From the NCBI GenBank assembly GCA_039830045.1, contig CP140044.1:150452-214451 (forward strand): DNA of 64,000 bases, read 5' to 3'. The stretch is from Buchnera aphidicola (Floraphis choui). Lineage in GTDB: Bacteria > Pseudomonadota > Gammaproteobacteria > Enterobacterales > Enterobacteriaceae. Positions within the stretch are counted from its first letter, which is position 1, and each line of letters opens with the position of its first letter. Shown one piece after another: positions 33,659-45,376 of the stretch. The notes beneath the pieces are model-generated. The model was not told where the DNA came from and ran no database searches. It was given only the letters and a program-made list of their open reading frames with translations. Position numbers and translations under genes: made by a program.

Positions 33659-35797
33659 TTGACACGTACTTTAATGTTAGTTCCTATAGGAATAAATGTT
33701 GGATTAACGTCGGTTAGTATAGGATTAATTCAAAAAATACAAAATAATAATTTTGATGTAATGTTTTTTAAGCCAATTTTTGATTGTGTAAATTATCATA
33801 AAAAACTCGATCACACTACAGAAATTTTAAAAAATATGAGTTCTATTTCATGTCTTGATCCAATTAAAATTAATAATTTGAGTGATTTTTTGATAGAAGA
33901 TCGAAAACAAAGCATCATAGAAAGTATTTTATTAAAAATTGATTCTAATGTAAAGGGTAATGATATCCTTCTATTAGAAGGAATATATTTAGAATCTTCA
34001 ATAATGTTATCTAATATAATAAATTACGACATTGTACAGGCAATAAATGCAGAAGTTATTTTTGTATGTACTTTAACAAAATGTAATACAGTTAATATAA
34101 ATGACATAATGGAAATTATTAAGAAATATTTTTTAAAAAAAAAGAACATAGATATTAGAGGTATTATAATTAATGAATTCAAAATGACAAAATTAAATAT
34201 ATTTAAAGATTTTATACATATTTTTGATAAATTTAAAATGGTAAATAGAAAAAAAAGAGTTGATTGTATTGATGTAACTGCATCATGTCAACGTTACGAT
34301 CTCTCGATATTAGGAAATATCCCATGGAATAGTAAATTATTAGAACCAACATTAGAAGAGTTACGTTTATATTTTCAAGCATACATTATTAATAAGCATG
34401 ATTTAAGTTCTATCTTTATTAAATCCATTATTATTTATAATAAAAATGATTTTTTTCAATATAATAGTCGTTCTTTTTCTCGTATTATGTTAATTCTTTC
34501 GTCAGATTGTCTTTTTAATTTTAAAGATATATGGAAAAATGTAAGTAAAAACAATTCCATTGTTTCTATATTATTAACTGATAGTAATGAGTTTTACATA
34601 AATTTTTTGAAATCTCATGCTTTTATAGAAACAATAAATATTCCTATTCTTTTGGTTCAGAAAAATATATTTCAAATAATTTTATTATTGAGACGATTTA
34701 ATTTTAAAATCTCTATTAAAAACTTTAAAAAATTTAACGAAGTAAAAAAATATATTTCATTTAATATTAATGATAATTTAATAGTTTCTTTAAAAAGTAA
34801 ACATATATGTAAATATCAAATATGTCCGTCAGTATTTATTTATAATTTACGAAATTTAGCTAGAAAAAAGATAAAAAAAATTATTCTTCCTGAAGGTAAT
34901 GAATTACGTATTATTCGAGCTGCTTCTATTTGTTCACTTCAAGGTATAGCACGTTGCGTTCTTTTAGGGAATCCCGGAGAAATTCGAAAACTTGCTAAGT
35001 TAAATAATATTAAATTTAATTCTAATATAGAAATTTTAAATCCAATACTAATAAAAGATGATTACATTAAGCGTTTTGTACAATTACGGAGTAAATATGG
35101 AATAACTGAAATACATGCAAAAAAAATTCTTAATGATTATTCTATTTTATCTACTTTAATATTAGAATCAAATAAAGTAGATGGATTAGTATCAGGGTCG
35201 ATAAATACTACTTCTAGCACTATTCTTCCTGCTCTACAGTTGATTAAAACTTCTGAATCTACTTCTTTAATATCTTCTGTTTTTTTTATGTTATTACAAG
35301 ATCATGTATTGTTATATGCTGATTGTGCTATTAATCCTAATCCTAATTCTAACCAATTAGCAGAAATTGCAATTCAATCGGCTAATACTGCTATTTCATT
35401 TGGTGTTATTCCAAAAATAGCAATGCTATCTTATGCAACTGGGATATCAGGTAGTGGAACTAAGGTAGATAAAGTTAAAGAAGCTACTGATATAGTTCGT
35501 AATAGATGTCCTAATCTCATTATAGAAGGTCCTATTCAATATGATGCAGCAATAGATAGTACAGTATCAAAGTTGAAATGTCCTAATTCTTCTATTAATG
35601 GAAGTGCAACAGTATTTATATTTCCTGATCTTGATTCTGGAAATATAGCTTATAAAGCAGTTCAGAGATCTACTAATTCTATTTCTATCGGTCCAATATT
35701 ACAGGGTATTAAAAAACCAGTTAATGACTTGTCTAGAGGAGCTTCAGTACAAGATATAGTTTATACTATTGCTATAACAGCAATACAATCTGAATAA
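33659..35797 (+). CDS. pta: phosphate acetyltransferase
   Basis: 712-aa ORF. N-terminus (M)TRTLMLVPIGINVGLTSVS matches E. coli MSRIIMLIPTGTSVGLTSVS. The C-terminal PTA domain is conserved. Apparent TTG start at 33659, 8 nt after the GGAG at 33648-33651; the next ATG is at 33674. Confidence 0.93.
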   Translation: MTRTLMLVPIGINVGLTSVSIGLIQKIQNNNFDVMFFKPIFDCVNYHKKLDHTTEILKNMSSISCLDPIKINNLSDFLIEDRKQSIIESILLKIDSNVKGNDILLLEGIYLESSIMLSNIINYDIVQAINAEVIFVCTLTKCNTVNINDIMEIIKKYFLKKKNIDIRGIIINEFKMTKLNIFKDFIHIFDKFKMVNRKKRVDCIDVTASCQRYDLSILGNIPWNSKLLEPTLEELRLYFQAYIINKHDLSSIFIKSIIIYNKNDFFQYNSRSFSRIMLILSSDCLFNFKDIWKNVSKNNSIVSILLTDSNEFYINFLKSHAFIETINIPILLVQKNIFQIILLLRRFNFKISIKNFKKFNEVKKYISFNINDNLIVSLKSKHICKYQICPSVFIYNLRNLARKKIKKIILPEGNELRIIRAASICSLQGIARCVLLGNPGEIRKLAKLNNIKFNSNIEILNPILIKDDYIKRFVQLRSKYGITEIHAKKILNDYSILSTLILESNKVDGLVSGSINTTSSTILPALQLIKTSESTSLISSVFFMLLQDHVLLYADCAINPNPNSNQLAEIAIQSANTAISFGVIPKIAMLSYATGISGSGTKVDKVKEATDIVRNRCPNLIIEGPIQYDAAIDSTVSKLKCPNSSINGSATVFIFPDLDSGNIAYKAVQRSTNSISIGPILQGIKKPVNDLSRGASVQDIVYTIAITAIQSE

Positions 35798-36113
35798 AGG
35801 ACAATTAAATATTTTAAATAGAGTTTATAAATTTCAAAAAAGATAAAATCTTATTTAGATATTATATTTAATATTATTATAAGTCGTGGTAGTAATGAAA
35901 ATATATTTTTTATAACGTGAGATTAAAAAATTTTTATAAGAACTTTATTTGTTAACAATTTAATTTTATGTATATCATAATAAGTTAATCTCAATAGATA
36001 TTTATATATAATAAAAAATGTAGTTAATTGAAAAAATACGTTACTTTAGTATTTAACTTAAAATTAATAATATTCTTATTATTAACTTAAATAATCATTA
36101 AATATGATAATAT

Positions 36114-37244
36114 CTATAATTTAAATTTATTAAATTCGATATTGCTAACTTCAGAATCAATTTGTCCTACTAAATAAGAACTAACAGAAGTTTCTTGAGG
36201 TGCTACTTGAATATTGTCTGATGCTAACCAGGAATTTATCCATGGAATAGGATTAGAAGTAATTAAAAAAGGCCTAGGCAATCCAATGGCATTCATACGA
36301 ATATTAGTAATATACTCAATATATTGTGATAAAATTTCTTTATTTAATCCTAACATAGATCCATCTCGAAATAAGTATTTTACCCATTCTTTTTCTTGGT
36401 TTGATACAGAAATAAACAAGTTATAGCATTCTTTTTGACATTCTTGAGAAATTTCAAACATCTCTTCATTATTTTTTTTATTTTGTATGATATTTAAAAT
36501 ATACTGTGTTCCAGTAAGGTGTAAAGCTTCATCTCTAGCAATTAATCTAATGATTTTTGCATTTCCTTCCATAATTTCTCTTTCTGCAAATGCAAAAGAA
36601 CAAGCAAAACTTACGTAAAATCGAATAGCTTCTAATGCGTTAACACTCATCAGGCAAAGATATAATAATTTTTTAAGTTCATGTAAATTAATCGAAATTT
36701 TTTTTCCGTTGATTATGTGTATTCCTTCTCCTAATAAATGCCAATAACTGGTCATAGTAATAAGATTATCATAATATTTAGAAATGTCTCGTGCTCGATT
36801 TGCTATATTTTTATTATGTACTATATCGTCAAAAATTAATGAAGGATTATTTATTATATTTCTAATAATATGTGTGTAAGATCTAGAATGAATAGTTTCT
36901 GAAAATGACCATGTTTCTATCCATGTTTCTAATTCAGGAAGTGAAACGATTGGTAGAAAGGCGATATTAGGGCTTCTTCCTTGAATTGAATCTAATAATG
37001 TTTGATATTTTAGATTACTGATAAAAATGTGTTTTTCGTGATCTAAAAGATTTTTAAAATCAATTGAATCTTTTGATAAGTCTACTTCTTCTGGTCTCCA
37101 AAAAAAAGATAATTGTTTTTCTATTAATTTTTCGAAAATTTCATATTTTTGTTGATCATATCTAGAAATGTTAACTGGTTGTCCGAAAAACATTGGTTCA
37201 AAAAGTTGGTTGTTATTTATTCTAGAGAAAGTAGTATATGTCAT
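36114..37244 (-). CDS. nrdB: ribonucleoside-diphosphate reductase 1 subunit beta
   Basis: ATG 37244 ([25 protein letters not shown]) matches E. coli [25 protein letters not shown] and gives 376 aa as in E. coli. Di-iron and tyrosyl-radical motifs [13 protein letters not shown] and ARDEALH are present. The longer tracked ORF (to 37379) runs into nrdA. Confidence 0.96.
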   Translation of the reverse strand: MTYTTFSRINNNQLFEPMFFGQPVNISRYDQQKYEIFEKLIEKQLSFFWRPEEVDLSKDSIDFKNLLDHEKHIFISNLKYQTLLDSIQGRSPNIAFLPIVSLPELETWIETWSFSETIHSRSYTHIIRNIINNPSLIFDDIVHNKNIANRARDISKYYDNLITMTSYWHLLGEGIHIINGKKISINLHELKKLLYLCLMSVNALEAIRFYVSFACSFAFAEREIMEGNAKIIRLIARDEALHLTGTQYILNIIQNKKNNEEMFEISQECQKECYNLFISVSNQEKEWVKYLFRDGSMLGLNKEILSQYIEYITNIRMNAIGLPRPFLITSNPIPWINSWLASDNIQVAPQETSVSSYLVGQIDSEVSNIEFNKFKL

Positions 37245-37299
37245 TAAATTATTCCTGTATGAGATATTAAATTTAATTATATTTAGATTGAATGAAAAT

Positions 37300-39585
37300 T
37301 TATATTTTACATGCCCCATTATCACAATTATCATTATTAGTAAATGTTGAAAATTCAGTTTGATAATCTTTTGCATCATCTCTAGTATTTTGATAATACA
37401 ACGTCTTTAAACCTAATTTATAAGCTGTTAATAAATCTATTATTAATTGCTTCATTGGTATTTTCCCATTAGTAAAAGATTTAGGATCATAGTTAGTATT
37501 AGTAGAAATTGATTGATCTATAAATTTTTGCATAATACTAGCTAATTGTAAGTAGCCCACATTATTTGGAATATTCCATAATAATTCATAATATGATTTT
37601 AATTTTTTATATTCAGGAACAACTTGTCTGAGCATTCCATCTTTTGATACTTTTATACTAACAAATCCTCTAGGTGGTTCTATTCCATTAGTAGCATTAG
37701 AAATTTGAGAAGATGTTTCTGAAGGCATTAACGCTGATAGTGTAGAATTTCGTAATCCATATTTTTTTATTTTTTGTCTTAGTAATTCCCAATTTAAACG
37801 TAGTGGTTCGTTACAAATATTATCTACTTCTTTTTTATAAGTATCTATAGGCAAAATTCCCTGGTAATATGTTGTTTGATTGAACCAAGCGCATGCTCCT
37901 TTTTCTTTTGCTAATTTACATGATGCATTTAGCAAATAATATTGTATTGCTTCAAATGTTTTGTGAGTGATAGAATTGGCACTTCCATCTGAATAGCGTA
38001 CTTTATTTTTAGCTAAATAATATGCATAGTTAATTACTCCGATTCCTAATGATCTTCTAGATAATGCTGATTTTTTAGCTCCTATAATAGGATAGTTTTG
38101 ATAATCTAATACTGAATCTAATGCTCTAACTATTAAATTTGATAGTTTTGATAGATCTTTTAAATTTTTTAAAGAACCTAAATTGATAGCAGATAATGTG
38201 CATAATGCAATTTCTCCATTAACATCATGAATGTCGTTTAATGGATTGGTTGGTAATGTAATTTCTAAACATAAATTAGATTGTCTAATAGGTGCCAATT
38301 TTGGATTAAAAGCACTATGTGTATTACAATGATCTATATTTTGTATATAAATTCTTCCAGTAGAGGTTCGTTCTTGCATCATTAAAGAAAATAAGCTGAT
38401 TGCTTTAATTTGTTTTTTTCGAATTGTTATATCATTTTCGTATTTAATATATAAGAATTCAAACTTTTCTTGATTAGAAAAAAAATAATTATATAAGTTC
38501 GGAACATCTGATGGACTAAATAAAGTGATATATTGTCCTAATATCATTCGTTGATACATTAATTTATTGATTTGTATTCCATAATCCATATGTCGAACAC
38601 GATTTTCATCTACTCCTCTATTATTTTTTAGTACTAATAAATTTTCTACTTCAAGATGCCAAATTGGATAAAATATTGTAGCAGCCCCACCTCTAATACC
38701 TCCTTGAGAGCATGATTTTACAGCGCTTTGAAAATGTTTGTAAAATGGGATACATCCGGTGTGAAATGCATCTCCTTTTCTAATAGGACTTCCTATAGCT
38801 CTAATTCGTCCGGCATTAATTCCAATTCCAGCACGTTGAGAAATATATTTTACAATTGCACTAGTAGTAGCATTGATAGAATCTAAATTATCATCACATT
38901 CGATTAAAACACAAGAACTAAATTGGCGTGTAGGTGTTCTTAATCCTGCCATAATTGGAGTGGGTAAAGAAATTTTAAAAGTAGATATTGCGTTATAAAA
39001 GTTTTTTACATATTTCATTCTTGTTTTTTTTGGATATTTGTGAAATAGACATGCTGATATCATAATATATAGAAATTGAGCACTTTCATAAATTTTTTTA
39101 GTAATTCTATTTTGTATTAAGTATTTTCCTTCTAGTTGCTTTACTGCGGCATAAGAAAAATTCATATCCCGACAATGTCTAATAAAAGAATCCATTTGTG
39201 TGTATTCTATTTTAGAATAATCTTCTAATAAGTGTTTATCATATTTTCCTAATTTTACCATTTTTTGTACGTACTTGTATAAAGCAGGAGGATTAAATTG
39301 ACCAAAAGCTTTTTTTCTAAGGTGAAATATAGCTAATCTAGCAGCCATATATTGATAATCAGGAGAACTTTCAGAAATTAAGTCTGCTGTAGCTTTTATA
39401 ATAGTTTTATGTATAGTGGTCGTTTTTATATTATTATAAAATTGTATTCTAGATTTCAATGCTACTTGAGATATAGAAATATTGTCTAGGTCTTTTGCTG
39501 CCCAGTGTAATACTCGGTGAATTTTTTCTAAATTAATCAATTCTTTTTTTCCATTTCTTTTAGTAACTAATAATGTTTGATTCAT
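37300..39585 (-). CDS. nrdA: ribonucleoside-diphosphate reductase 1 subunit alpha
   Basis: 761-aa ORF of the same length as E. coli NrdA, with an ATP-cone N-terminus, active-site region SNLCLEI, and a C-terminal CDNGACKI redox tail. Confidence 0.97.
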   Translation of the reverse strand: MNQTLLVTKRNGKKELINLEKIHRVLHWAAKDLDNISISQVALKSRIQFYNNIKTTTIHKTIIKATADLISESSPDYQYMAARLAIFHLRKKAFGQFNPPALYKYVQKMVKLGKYDKHLLEDYSKIEYTQMDSFIRHCRDMNFSYAAVKQLEGKYLIQNRITKKIYESAQFLYIMISACLFHKYPKKTRMKYVKNFYNAISTFKISLPTPIMAGLRTPTRQFSSCVLIECDDNLDSINATTSAIVKYISQRAGIGINAGRIRAIGSPIRKGDAFHTGCIPFYKHFQSAVKSCSQGGIRGGAATIFYPIWHLEVENLLVLKNNRGVDENRVRHMDYGIQINKLMYQRMILGQYITLFSPSDVPNLYNYFFSNQEKFEFLYIKYENDITIRKKQIKAISLFSLMMQERTSTGRIYIQNIDHCNTHSAFNPKLAPIRQSNLCLEITLPTNPLNDIHDVNGEIALCTLSAINLGSLKNLKDLSKLSNLIVRALDSVLDYQNYPIIGAKKSALSRRSLGIGVINYAYYLAKNKVRYSDGSANSITHKTFEAIQYYLLNASCKLAKEKGACAWFNQTTYYQGILPIDTYKKEVDNICNEPLRLNWELLRQKIKKYGLRNSTLSALMPSETSSQISNATNGIEPPRGFVSIKVSKDGMLRQVVPEYKKLKSYYELLWNIPNNVGYLQLASIMQKFIDQSISTNTNYDPKSFTNGKIPMKQLIIDLLTAYKLGLKTLYYQNTRDDAKDYQTEFSTFTNNDNCDNGACKI

Positions 39586-39900
39586 CCCATCTTTCCTAAT
39601 CTTTCATATATATTTAGCGTTGTTATTTAATATAAATTAATTAGATATTTTATTGGTAATATTAATTTTATAGTTGTGAATTATTTAGTAGTAATAAAAT
39701 GTAAAAAGTTTGCAATAATTAATTTACAAATCACATTTTATAATAGTTTATTATTGAATATAAAGTTGTATAATTTTAGTTGTATAAAATTTATTTCAAT
39801 TATGTATTTTCTTAAAATATATTTATAAATTATATATTCTATACTTATGAAAATATAAAATGATTATATGTTTTGGAAAACTAATTATTTATAAGATGAG

Positions 39901-42459
39901 TTATAAAAGTGATTCATTTGCTTTTTGTACAGCAACTACTTTTTCTTTTTCTGCAGTTCGAATCAAAATAACACCTTGTGTATTTCTTCCAAGTATACCA
40001 ATTTCTGATATTCTAGTTCTAACTAGCGTCCCGGCATTGGTTATAATCATAATTTGATCTTTTTCTATAACTTGCATAGCTCCAATCATTATTCCGTTTT
40101 TTTTAGTTATTTTTATGGCAATAGTTCCACGAGTGGCTCTAGATTTAATTGGAAATTCGCAAATTTCTGTTCGTTTTCCGTATCCATTTTCAGTTACAAT
40201 TAATATATTACCAGTTCCTTTAGGTACAACTAAAGAAACAACTTTATCTTGTTTGTTTATTGCTATTCCTTTCATTCCAGAAGTATTTCTTCCCATTGTT
40301 CTCACTGATTTTTCAGAAAAATGGACAGCTTTCCCTATTGCAGTAAACAACATGATTTTATCTTTTCCATTGGTGAGAGATACCCCGATCAGTTCATCGT
40401 CATTTTTTAATTTAATAGCAATAATACCTGCTGTTCTTGGTTTTTTAAATTCACAGAGATTAGTTTTTTTTACCATTCCTTTAGCGGTAGCCATAAAAAT
40501 ATTTATACTATCTTTGTATTCTGAAATAGGTAATATTGCTGTTATTCTTTCTTGTGTGTTAAGAGGTAAAAGATTTACTATAGGACGCCCACGAGCATGT
40601 CTACTAGCTTCTGGTAATTGATAAACTTTCATCCAATATATTATTCCTCGACTAGAAAAGCAAAGGATCGTATCATGTGTATTAGCTACTAACAAGCTTT
40701 CTATAAAGTCTTCTTCTTTCGTTTTTGCTGCTGATTTCCCTTTTCCGCCCCGTTTTTGTGCTTCGTAAGTAGAAAGTGGTTGATATTTTACGTATCCTGA
40801 ATGCGATAAAGTTACTACAACATCTTCTTGATTTATCATGTCAGAAATATTAATATCTTCGTAATTTTTAGCAATTTGTGTACGTCTTTTATCTCCAAAG
40901 TAATGTTTTATATTAATTAATTCTTTTTTCATAATATTAATTAATGTATTAGCATTATTTAATATATCATCTAATATTATAGAAGACATAGTAAGTTTTT
41001 TGTGTTCTTTAATAAGTTTGGAAAGTTCTAAATTAGTAAGTTTTTGAAGTTGTAATTCTAATATTGAATTTACTTGTATTTTTGTAAGAAATAATGTATT
41101 GCTATTATTTTTATTAGATTGTAAAAAGTGGGATTTCATACTATTATTTTTTAATATGTTCTTATATTTTGAAGCATCTGAATACCAATTTTTAGATAGC
41201 AATAACTTTTTTGCTTCCGATAGTGAAGTGGAATTTTTAATTAATGAAATAATAATATCTATATTTTCTAAAGATATTACTAGTCCTTCAATAACGTGTA
41301 TTTTTTTTTGTATTTTTTTTAATTCGAATAGACTTCGTTTAGTGATTATCGTTTTACGATGAGATATAAACGCTTTTAAAATGTCTTTTAAAGACATTAT
41401 TTTAGGTTTCCCATGTGTTAAAGCGACCATATTAATGCCAAAAGAAATTTGTAATTGAGTTAAAGTATATAATTTGTTAAGGATAATTTCTGATTTTGCC
41501 TCTCTTTTTATTTCGATTACTATTCTCATACCTTCTTTATCTGATTCGTCACGAAGACCACTAATGCCTTCAACTTTTTTTTCTTTTATTAATTCAGCAA
41601 TTTTTTCGATTACTCGTGATTTATTAACTTGATAAGGTAATTCGAAAATAATTAAAGATTCTTTTTTTGTTTTTTCTTGAACTTCTATCTTACTTTTTGC
41701 TCTAATTTGGATTTTTCCTTTTCCTGTTTGGTATGCCTCTGCAATACCCTTACATCCATTAATTATTCCAGCAGTAGGAAAATCAGGACCTGGAATATAT
41801 TCCATAAGTTTTGTTAGCGTAATTTCGTTATTGTCTATAAGAGCTAGACACCCGTTTATTATTTCGTTTATGTTATGAGGCGGAATGTTAGTTGCCATTC
41901 CTACTGCAATTCCAGATGAACCATTTATAAGTAAATTAGGTATTTTTGTGGGTAATACTTCAGGAATTTTTTCTGTCCCATCGTAGTTTGGAATGAATTT
42001 TACTGTTTCTTTATCTAAATCATTTAGTAATTCATATGCAATTTTAGACATTCTAATTTCGGTATATCTCATAGCTGCTGCAGAATCTCCATCTATTGAT
42101 CCAAAATTTCCTTGTCCATCAATAAGTGTATATCGCAGTGAAAAGGATTGTGCCATTCTTACTATAGCATCGTATACAGCAGTATCTCCGTGCGGGTGAT
42201 ATTTTCCAATAACATCTCCTACTATCCTAGCTGACTTTTTATACAATTTATTCCAATCATTACTCAGTGATTTCATAGCGAATAATATTCTTCTATGAAC
42301 TGGTTTTAATCCATCTCTTACGTCTGGCAAAGCCCGTCCGATAATAACTGACATGGCATAATCTAAATAAGAGTTTTTAAGTTCATCTTCAATATTAATA
42401 TTTATAATTTCTTTTGCAATTTTATCCATAGTTGAATTATTCTTTTTTGTAATATTCAT
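39901..42459 (-). CDS. gyrA: DNA gyrase subunit A
   Basis: 852-aa ORF with active-site AAMRYTE (catalytic Tyr), [14 protein letters not shown] and C-terminal beta-pinwheel repeats. The second ATG at 42429 (MDKIAKEI vs E. coli MSDLAREI) may be the true start. Confidence 0.96.
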   Translation of the reverse strand: MNITKKNNSTMDKIAKEIININIEDELKNSYLDYAMSVIIGRALPDVRDGLKPVHRRILFAMKSLSNDWNKLYKKSARIVGDVIGKYHPHGDTAVYDAIVRMAQSFSLRYTLIDGQGNFGSIDGDSAAAMRYTEIRMSKIAYELLNDLDKETVKFIPNYDGTEKIPEVLPTKIPNLLINGSSGIAVGMATNIPPHNINEIINGCLALIDNNEITLTKLMEYIPGPDFPTAGIINGCKGIAEAYQTGKGKIQIRAKSKIEVQEKTKKESLIIFELPYQVNKSRVIEKIAELIKEKKVEGISGLRDESDKEGMRIVIEIKREAKSEIILNKLYTLTQLQISFGINMVALTHGKPKIMSLKDILKAFISHRKTIITKRSLFELKKIQKKIHVIEGLVISLENIDIIISLIKNSTSLSEAKKLLLSKNWYSDASKYKNILKNNSMKSHFLQSNKNNSNTLFLTKIQVNSILELQLQKLTNLELSKLIKEHKKLTMSSIILDDILNNANTLINIMKKELINIKHYFGDKRRTQIAKNYEDINISDMINQEDVVVTLSHSGYVKYQPLSTYEAQKRGGKGKSAAKTKEEDFIESLLVANTHDTILCFSSRGIIYWMKVYQLPEASRHARGRPIVNLLPLNTQERITAILPISEYKDSINIFMATAKGMVKKTNLCEFKKPRTAGIIAIKLKNDDELIGVSLTNGKDKIMLFTAIGKAVHFSEKSVRTMGRNTSGMKGIAINKQDKVVSLVVPKGTGNILIVTENGYGKRTEICEFPIKSRATRGTIAIKITKKNGIMIGAMQVIEKDQIMIITNAGTLVRTRISEIGILGRNTQGVILIRTAEKEKVVAVQKANESLL

Positions 42460-42972
42460 AATGATGATATCATAATGAAAAATTTGATTAACATAAAATA
42501 TTTTATATAAAAATTATTTTAAATTTGTGATATAGTGATTTACTGTAATTTTAGTTATTTAGAAATATAAGTAATTTTATTACAGAAATAAATTTTTATT
42601 TATAAATTTTAAAGTGAGTAATACTAAATATGGAGTATTAATTCCATAAAATGATTAATTAAACAGAGTAGTTATATAAAAATTATATTTTCATATTTTT
42701 TGAAAATTTTTTCAAAAATGCATTTTAATTGATAAAAATGTCATTTTATAATATTATGTAGTGTATTCTTGTTCTTAATAATATAATCAAACTGAATAGT
42801 ATAGTTTTATTATTATATATATTGTAAACTAAACATTATTGTGCTTATATATATTACTTTATTTTTAATATTTTGTTTTATAATACTATTTTATATTGTT
42901 AGTATTTTAAAGTGGTATTTGAATTTAATATATAATAATATTATTTTATAATGTAAGTGTACGAGGTTTATT

Positions 42973-43707
42973 ATGAATAATAACGAAAAACAGTTAATAG
43001 AAAGCTTATTTTCTCGATTACATAAAACTGAAATTGAATCTTCTGATCGAGATAATGTAGCTGAAAAATTAATTAAAGATTTATTAGAAAAATACCCGAA
43101 TTCACCTTATTACATGGCACAAACGATTTTAATTCAAGAAACGGCAATAAAGAAATTAAACGAACAAATTTCTTTGTTAGATAGTAAATCTGATAAAAAT
43201 CAGAAAGACAAAAAAGATACGTCATCTACAGGTTTTTTATCTAGTTTATTCGGATCAAAAAAAACCCAAAATGTCTTGGATTCGCATTCAAATAACACTT
43301 TAAATAAACCTTATAACAAAATTCAAGATTCTAATGTTAGTTCTTTTCCTTCACAAGTTCACTCTAGTGCTATACCTCAATCGGGAACTATAAATAATAC
43401 AAATGGATTTCTTAGTGGAGCACTTCAAACTGCTGCAGGTGTTGCTGGTGGTGTTGTTATGGCAAATATGTTAATGAATCTTTTTCAGAATAAAAAACCT
43501 GAAGAAGAGATAATAGATGCAGTACATCATATTGACTCTTCTCATACGGGATTAAATTCTACAGATAGTGATCCTATACATAGTCAATATATTAGTGATA
43601 ATAATAGTACGCATGTAGATGATAACATTGAAGATTATAATCGATCAGATTATGATGTTAGTGATGATGATGACTGCAATGCTTTTGAAGACGATAATTT
43701 TATTTAA
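42973..43707 (+). CDS. conserved protein of unknown function, DUF2076-like
   Basis: 244-aa ORF. The N-terminal about 65 aa (EKQLIESLFSRL...SPYYMAQTILIQETAIKKLNEQI) resemble my recollection of the DUF2076/COG3416 family. It continues with a polar low-complexity linker, a Gly/Ala-rich hydrophobic segment (GFLSGALQTAAGVAGGVVMANMLMNLF) and a very acidic tail. The family assignment comes from memory only. Confidence 0.6.
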   Translation: MNNNEKQLIESLFSRLHKTEIESSDRDNVAEKLIKDLLEKYPNSPYYMAQTILIQETAIKKLNEQISLLDSKSDKNQKDKKDTSSTGFLSSLFGSKKTQNVLDSHSNNTLNKPYNKIQDSNVSSFPSQVHSSAIPQSGTINNTNGFLSGALQTAAGVAGGVVMANMLMNLFQNKKPEEEIIDAVHHIDSSHTGLNSTDSDPIHSQYISDNNSTHVDDNIEDYNRSDYDVSDDDDCNAFEDDNFI

Positions 43708-43750
43708 ATTTTTAAGATATTTTTGTAATAAGTTTTTTATTGAATAAATA

Positions 43751-43781
43751 AAACCAGCAATAAATTTTTCTCTGCTGGTTT
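43751..43781. terminator. bidirectional terminator hairpin between the DUF2076-like gene and ahpC
   Basis: 9-bp stem aaaccagca (43751-43759) / tgctggttt (43773-43781) with four G-C pairs and a 13-nt loop. A T-rich run follows on the minus strand. It lies in the convergent spacer. Confidence 0.6.
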
Positions 43782-43826
43782 ATATCATTAATTTTTAACT
43801 CTTAATATATTTTATATAAAATTATT

Positions 43827-44426
43827 TTATTTGGTGTTATATAAGTTTTTAAAATATTGTTTGACCCCACTTGAAGTTGCTGTCATTCCATTTTTTCCCG
43901 GTTTCCAATTAGCTGGACAAACTTCTCCATATGTTTCATGGAAATGAAGAGCATCTATCATTCTTATTATATCAGAAATGTTTCTTCCAAAAGGTAAATC
44001 GTTAACTATTTGATGGCGAATTATTCCATGTTTATCAATTAAAAATGATGCTCTTAATGCTATACCTAGTGTAGGATGTTCAATTTTATATAATTTTTGT
44101 ATTTCTCTTTTTATATCAGAAACTATTATATATTTTATCTTTCCAATTCCTCCTTGTTTAGGATCAGATTGACGCCAAGCATGATGTACGTATATTGAAT
44201 CGATAGACACTCCTATAACTTCTGTATTTCTTTTTATAAATTCAGATAGAGATCTATCGAATGCTATAATTTCTGAAGGACAAACAAATGTAAAATCCAT
44301 AGGCCAAAAAAATAGTACAGTGGTTTTCCCATTAATATGACTTCTGAAATTAAAGTTATCAACGATATCATCGTTATGGTAGATAGCGGGTGCAGTAAAA
44401 TCAGGAGCTGGATAGGTTATTAACAT
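43827..44426 (-). CDS. ahpC: typical 2-Cys peroxiredoxin (alkyl hydroperoxide reductase C-type)
   Basis: 199-aa ORF with peroxidatic Cys motif DFTFVCPSE and resolving Cys motif GEVCPANW. Confidence 0.93.
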   Translation of the reverse strand: MLITYPAPDFTAPAIYHNDDIVDNFNFRSHINGKTTVLFFWPMDFTFVCPSEIIAFDRSLSEFIKRNTEVIGVSIDSIYVHHAWRQSDPKQGGIGKIKYIIVSDIKREIQKLYKIEHPTLGIALRASFLIDKHGIIRHQIVNDLPFGRNISDIIRMIDALHFHETYGEVCPANWKPGKNGMTATSSGVKQYFKNLYNTK

Positions 44427-44611
44427 TTTTATTCCTATATTTGTATAGAAAATTAATTTAAATTATTTATTTTATGAATATTTAACTTTTTATTTAAAAT
44501 ATTTATAGTTACTAACTTTAAATTATGTTACCAATTAACAAAACAATATAGTATGTTTAAAATCATTTAAACAATATTATTATGTTAAAGTAAGTAGAAA
44601 ACATAAAAAAT

Positions 44612-45292
44612 TTGGAATATCTTGATGAAAAATTGTATCATAAACTGGAAGGATGTGTTAGAACAAGAAAAAAAAAATTGTATTTTATTAACATTATTAA
44701 ATATCTTTCTAATGCTAGAAAAACTAAAGTAATTTATCCTCCCAAACACGAAGTGTTTAATGCTTTTGTATTAACAAAGTTTTTTGATATTAAAGTAGTT
44801 ATTATAGGTCAAGACCCGTATTTTAAAAAAGGTCAAGCGCATGGATTAGCATTTTCTGTTCGAAAAGGTATTAAAATTCCTCCCTCTTTGTTGAATATAC
44901 AAAAAGAATTGATTAGTGATATGAAATATAATGTTCTATTTAATCATGGTTGTCTTGAAAATTGGGCTAATCAGGGGGTATTTTTATTAAATTCTATTTT
45001 AACAGTAGAATCAGGTAAGCCTGGCTCTCATGCTAATTTAGGATGGGAGATTTTTACTAACCAAGTGATAAGAATTATCAATGAATATCATTCGGGAATT
45101 ATTTTTCTATTATGGGGGTCATATGCTAAAAAAAAGATAAAAGAGATCTGTATTCACAAACATCATGTTTTATTGGCATCGCATCCATCACCATTGTCAT
45201 ATTATCAAGGTTTTTTTGGATGCCGCCATTTTTCAAAAACGAATATTTTGTTAAAAAAACAACATAAAATTCCAATTAATTGGCTTTTATAA
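44612..45292 (+). CDS. ung: uracil-DNA glycosylase; conserved N-terminus is encoded in another frame upstream of an A10 tract
   Basis: The 226-aa ORF from TTG 44612 carries the Ung core (IGQDPY, GLAFSV, PPSL, LLNSILTV, HPSPLS). The first about 20 codons have no Ung similarity. ATG 44625 in the +1 frame encodes MKNCIINWKDVLEQEKK, matching E. coli ...[11 protein letters not shown]. The frames meet at A10 (44668-44677). Confidence 0.88.
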   Translation: MEYLDEKLYHKLEGCVRTRKKKLYFINIIKYLSNARKTKVIYPPKHEVFNAFVLTKFFDIKVVIIGQDPYFKKGQAHGLAFSVRKGIKIPPSLLNIQKELISDMKYNVLFNHGCLENWANQGVFLLNSILTVESGKPGSHANLGWEIFTNQVIRIINEYHSGIIFLLWGSYAKKKIKEICIHKHHVLLASHPSPLSYYQGFFGCRHFSKTNILLKKQHKIPINWLL

Positions 45293-45376
45293 CTTATTTT
45301 ATATTTTTATAAGTATATTATATTGTATTATTTTAAAGTAAATATTTTAATGAATTTAATTTATGTTGTTAAACTA

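Noticed and set aside
37245-37379. ORF-track N-terminal extensions: nrdB to 37379 (overlapping nrdA), thrA to 56280, prmC from 29271, ackA from 32369, nuoG from 13238, truA from 58049
   Set aside because: The homology-anchored ATG codons lie downstream, and the extra residues have no counterpart in E. coli orthologues. The extensions arise because the ORF track takes the longest ORF and allows TTG/GTG starts.
42190-42215. The GyrA QRDR reads [10 protein letters not shown] (Thr where E. coli has Ser83)
   Set aside because: Thr at this position is a common natural state in many Gammaproteobacteria, and Asp87 is unchanged. This is not evidence of quinolone-resistance selection.
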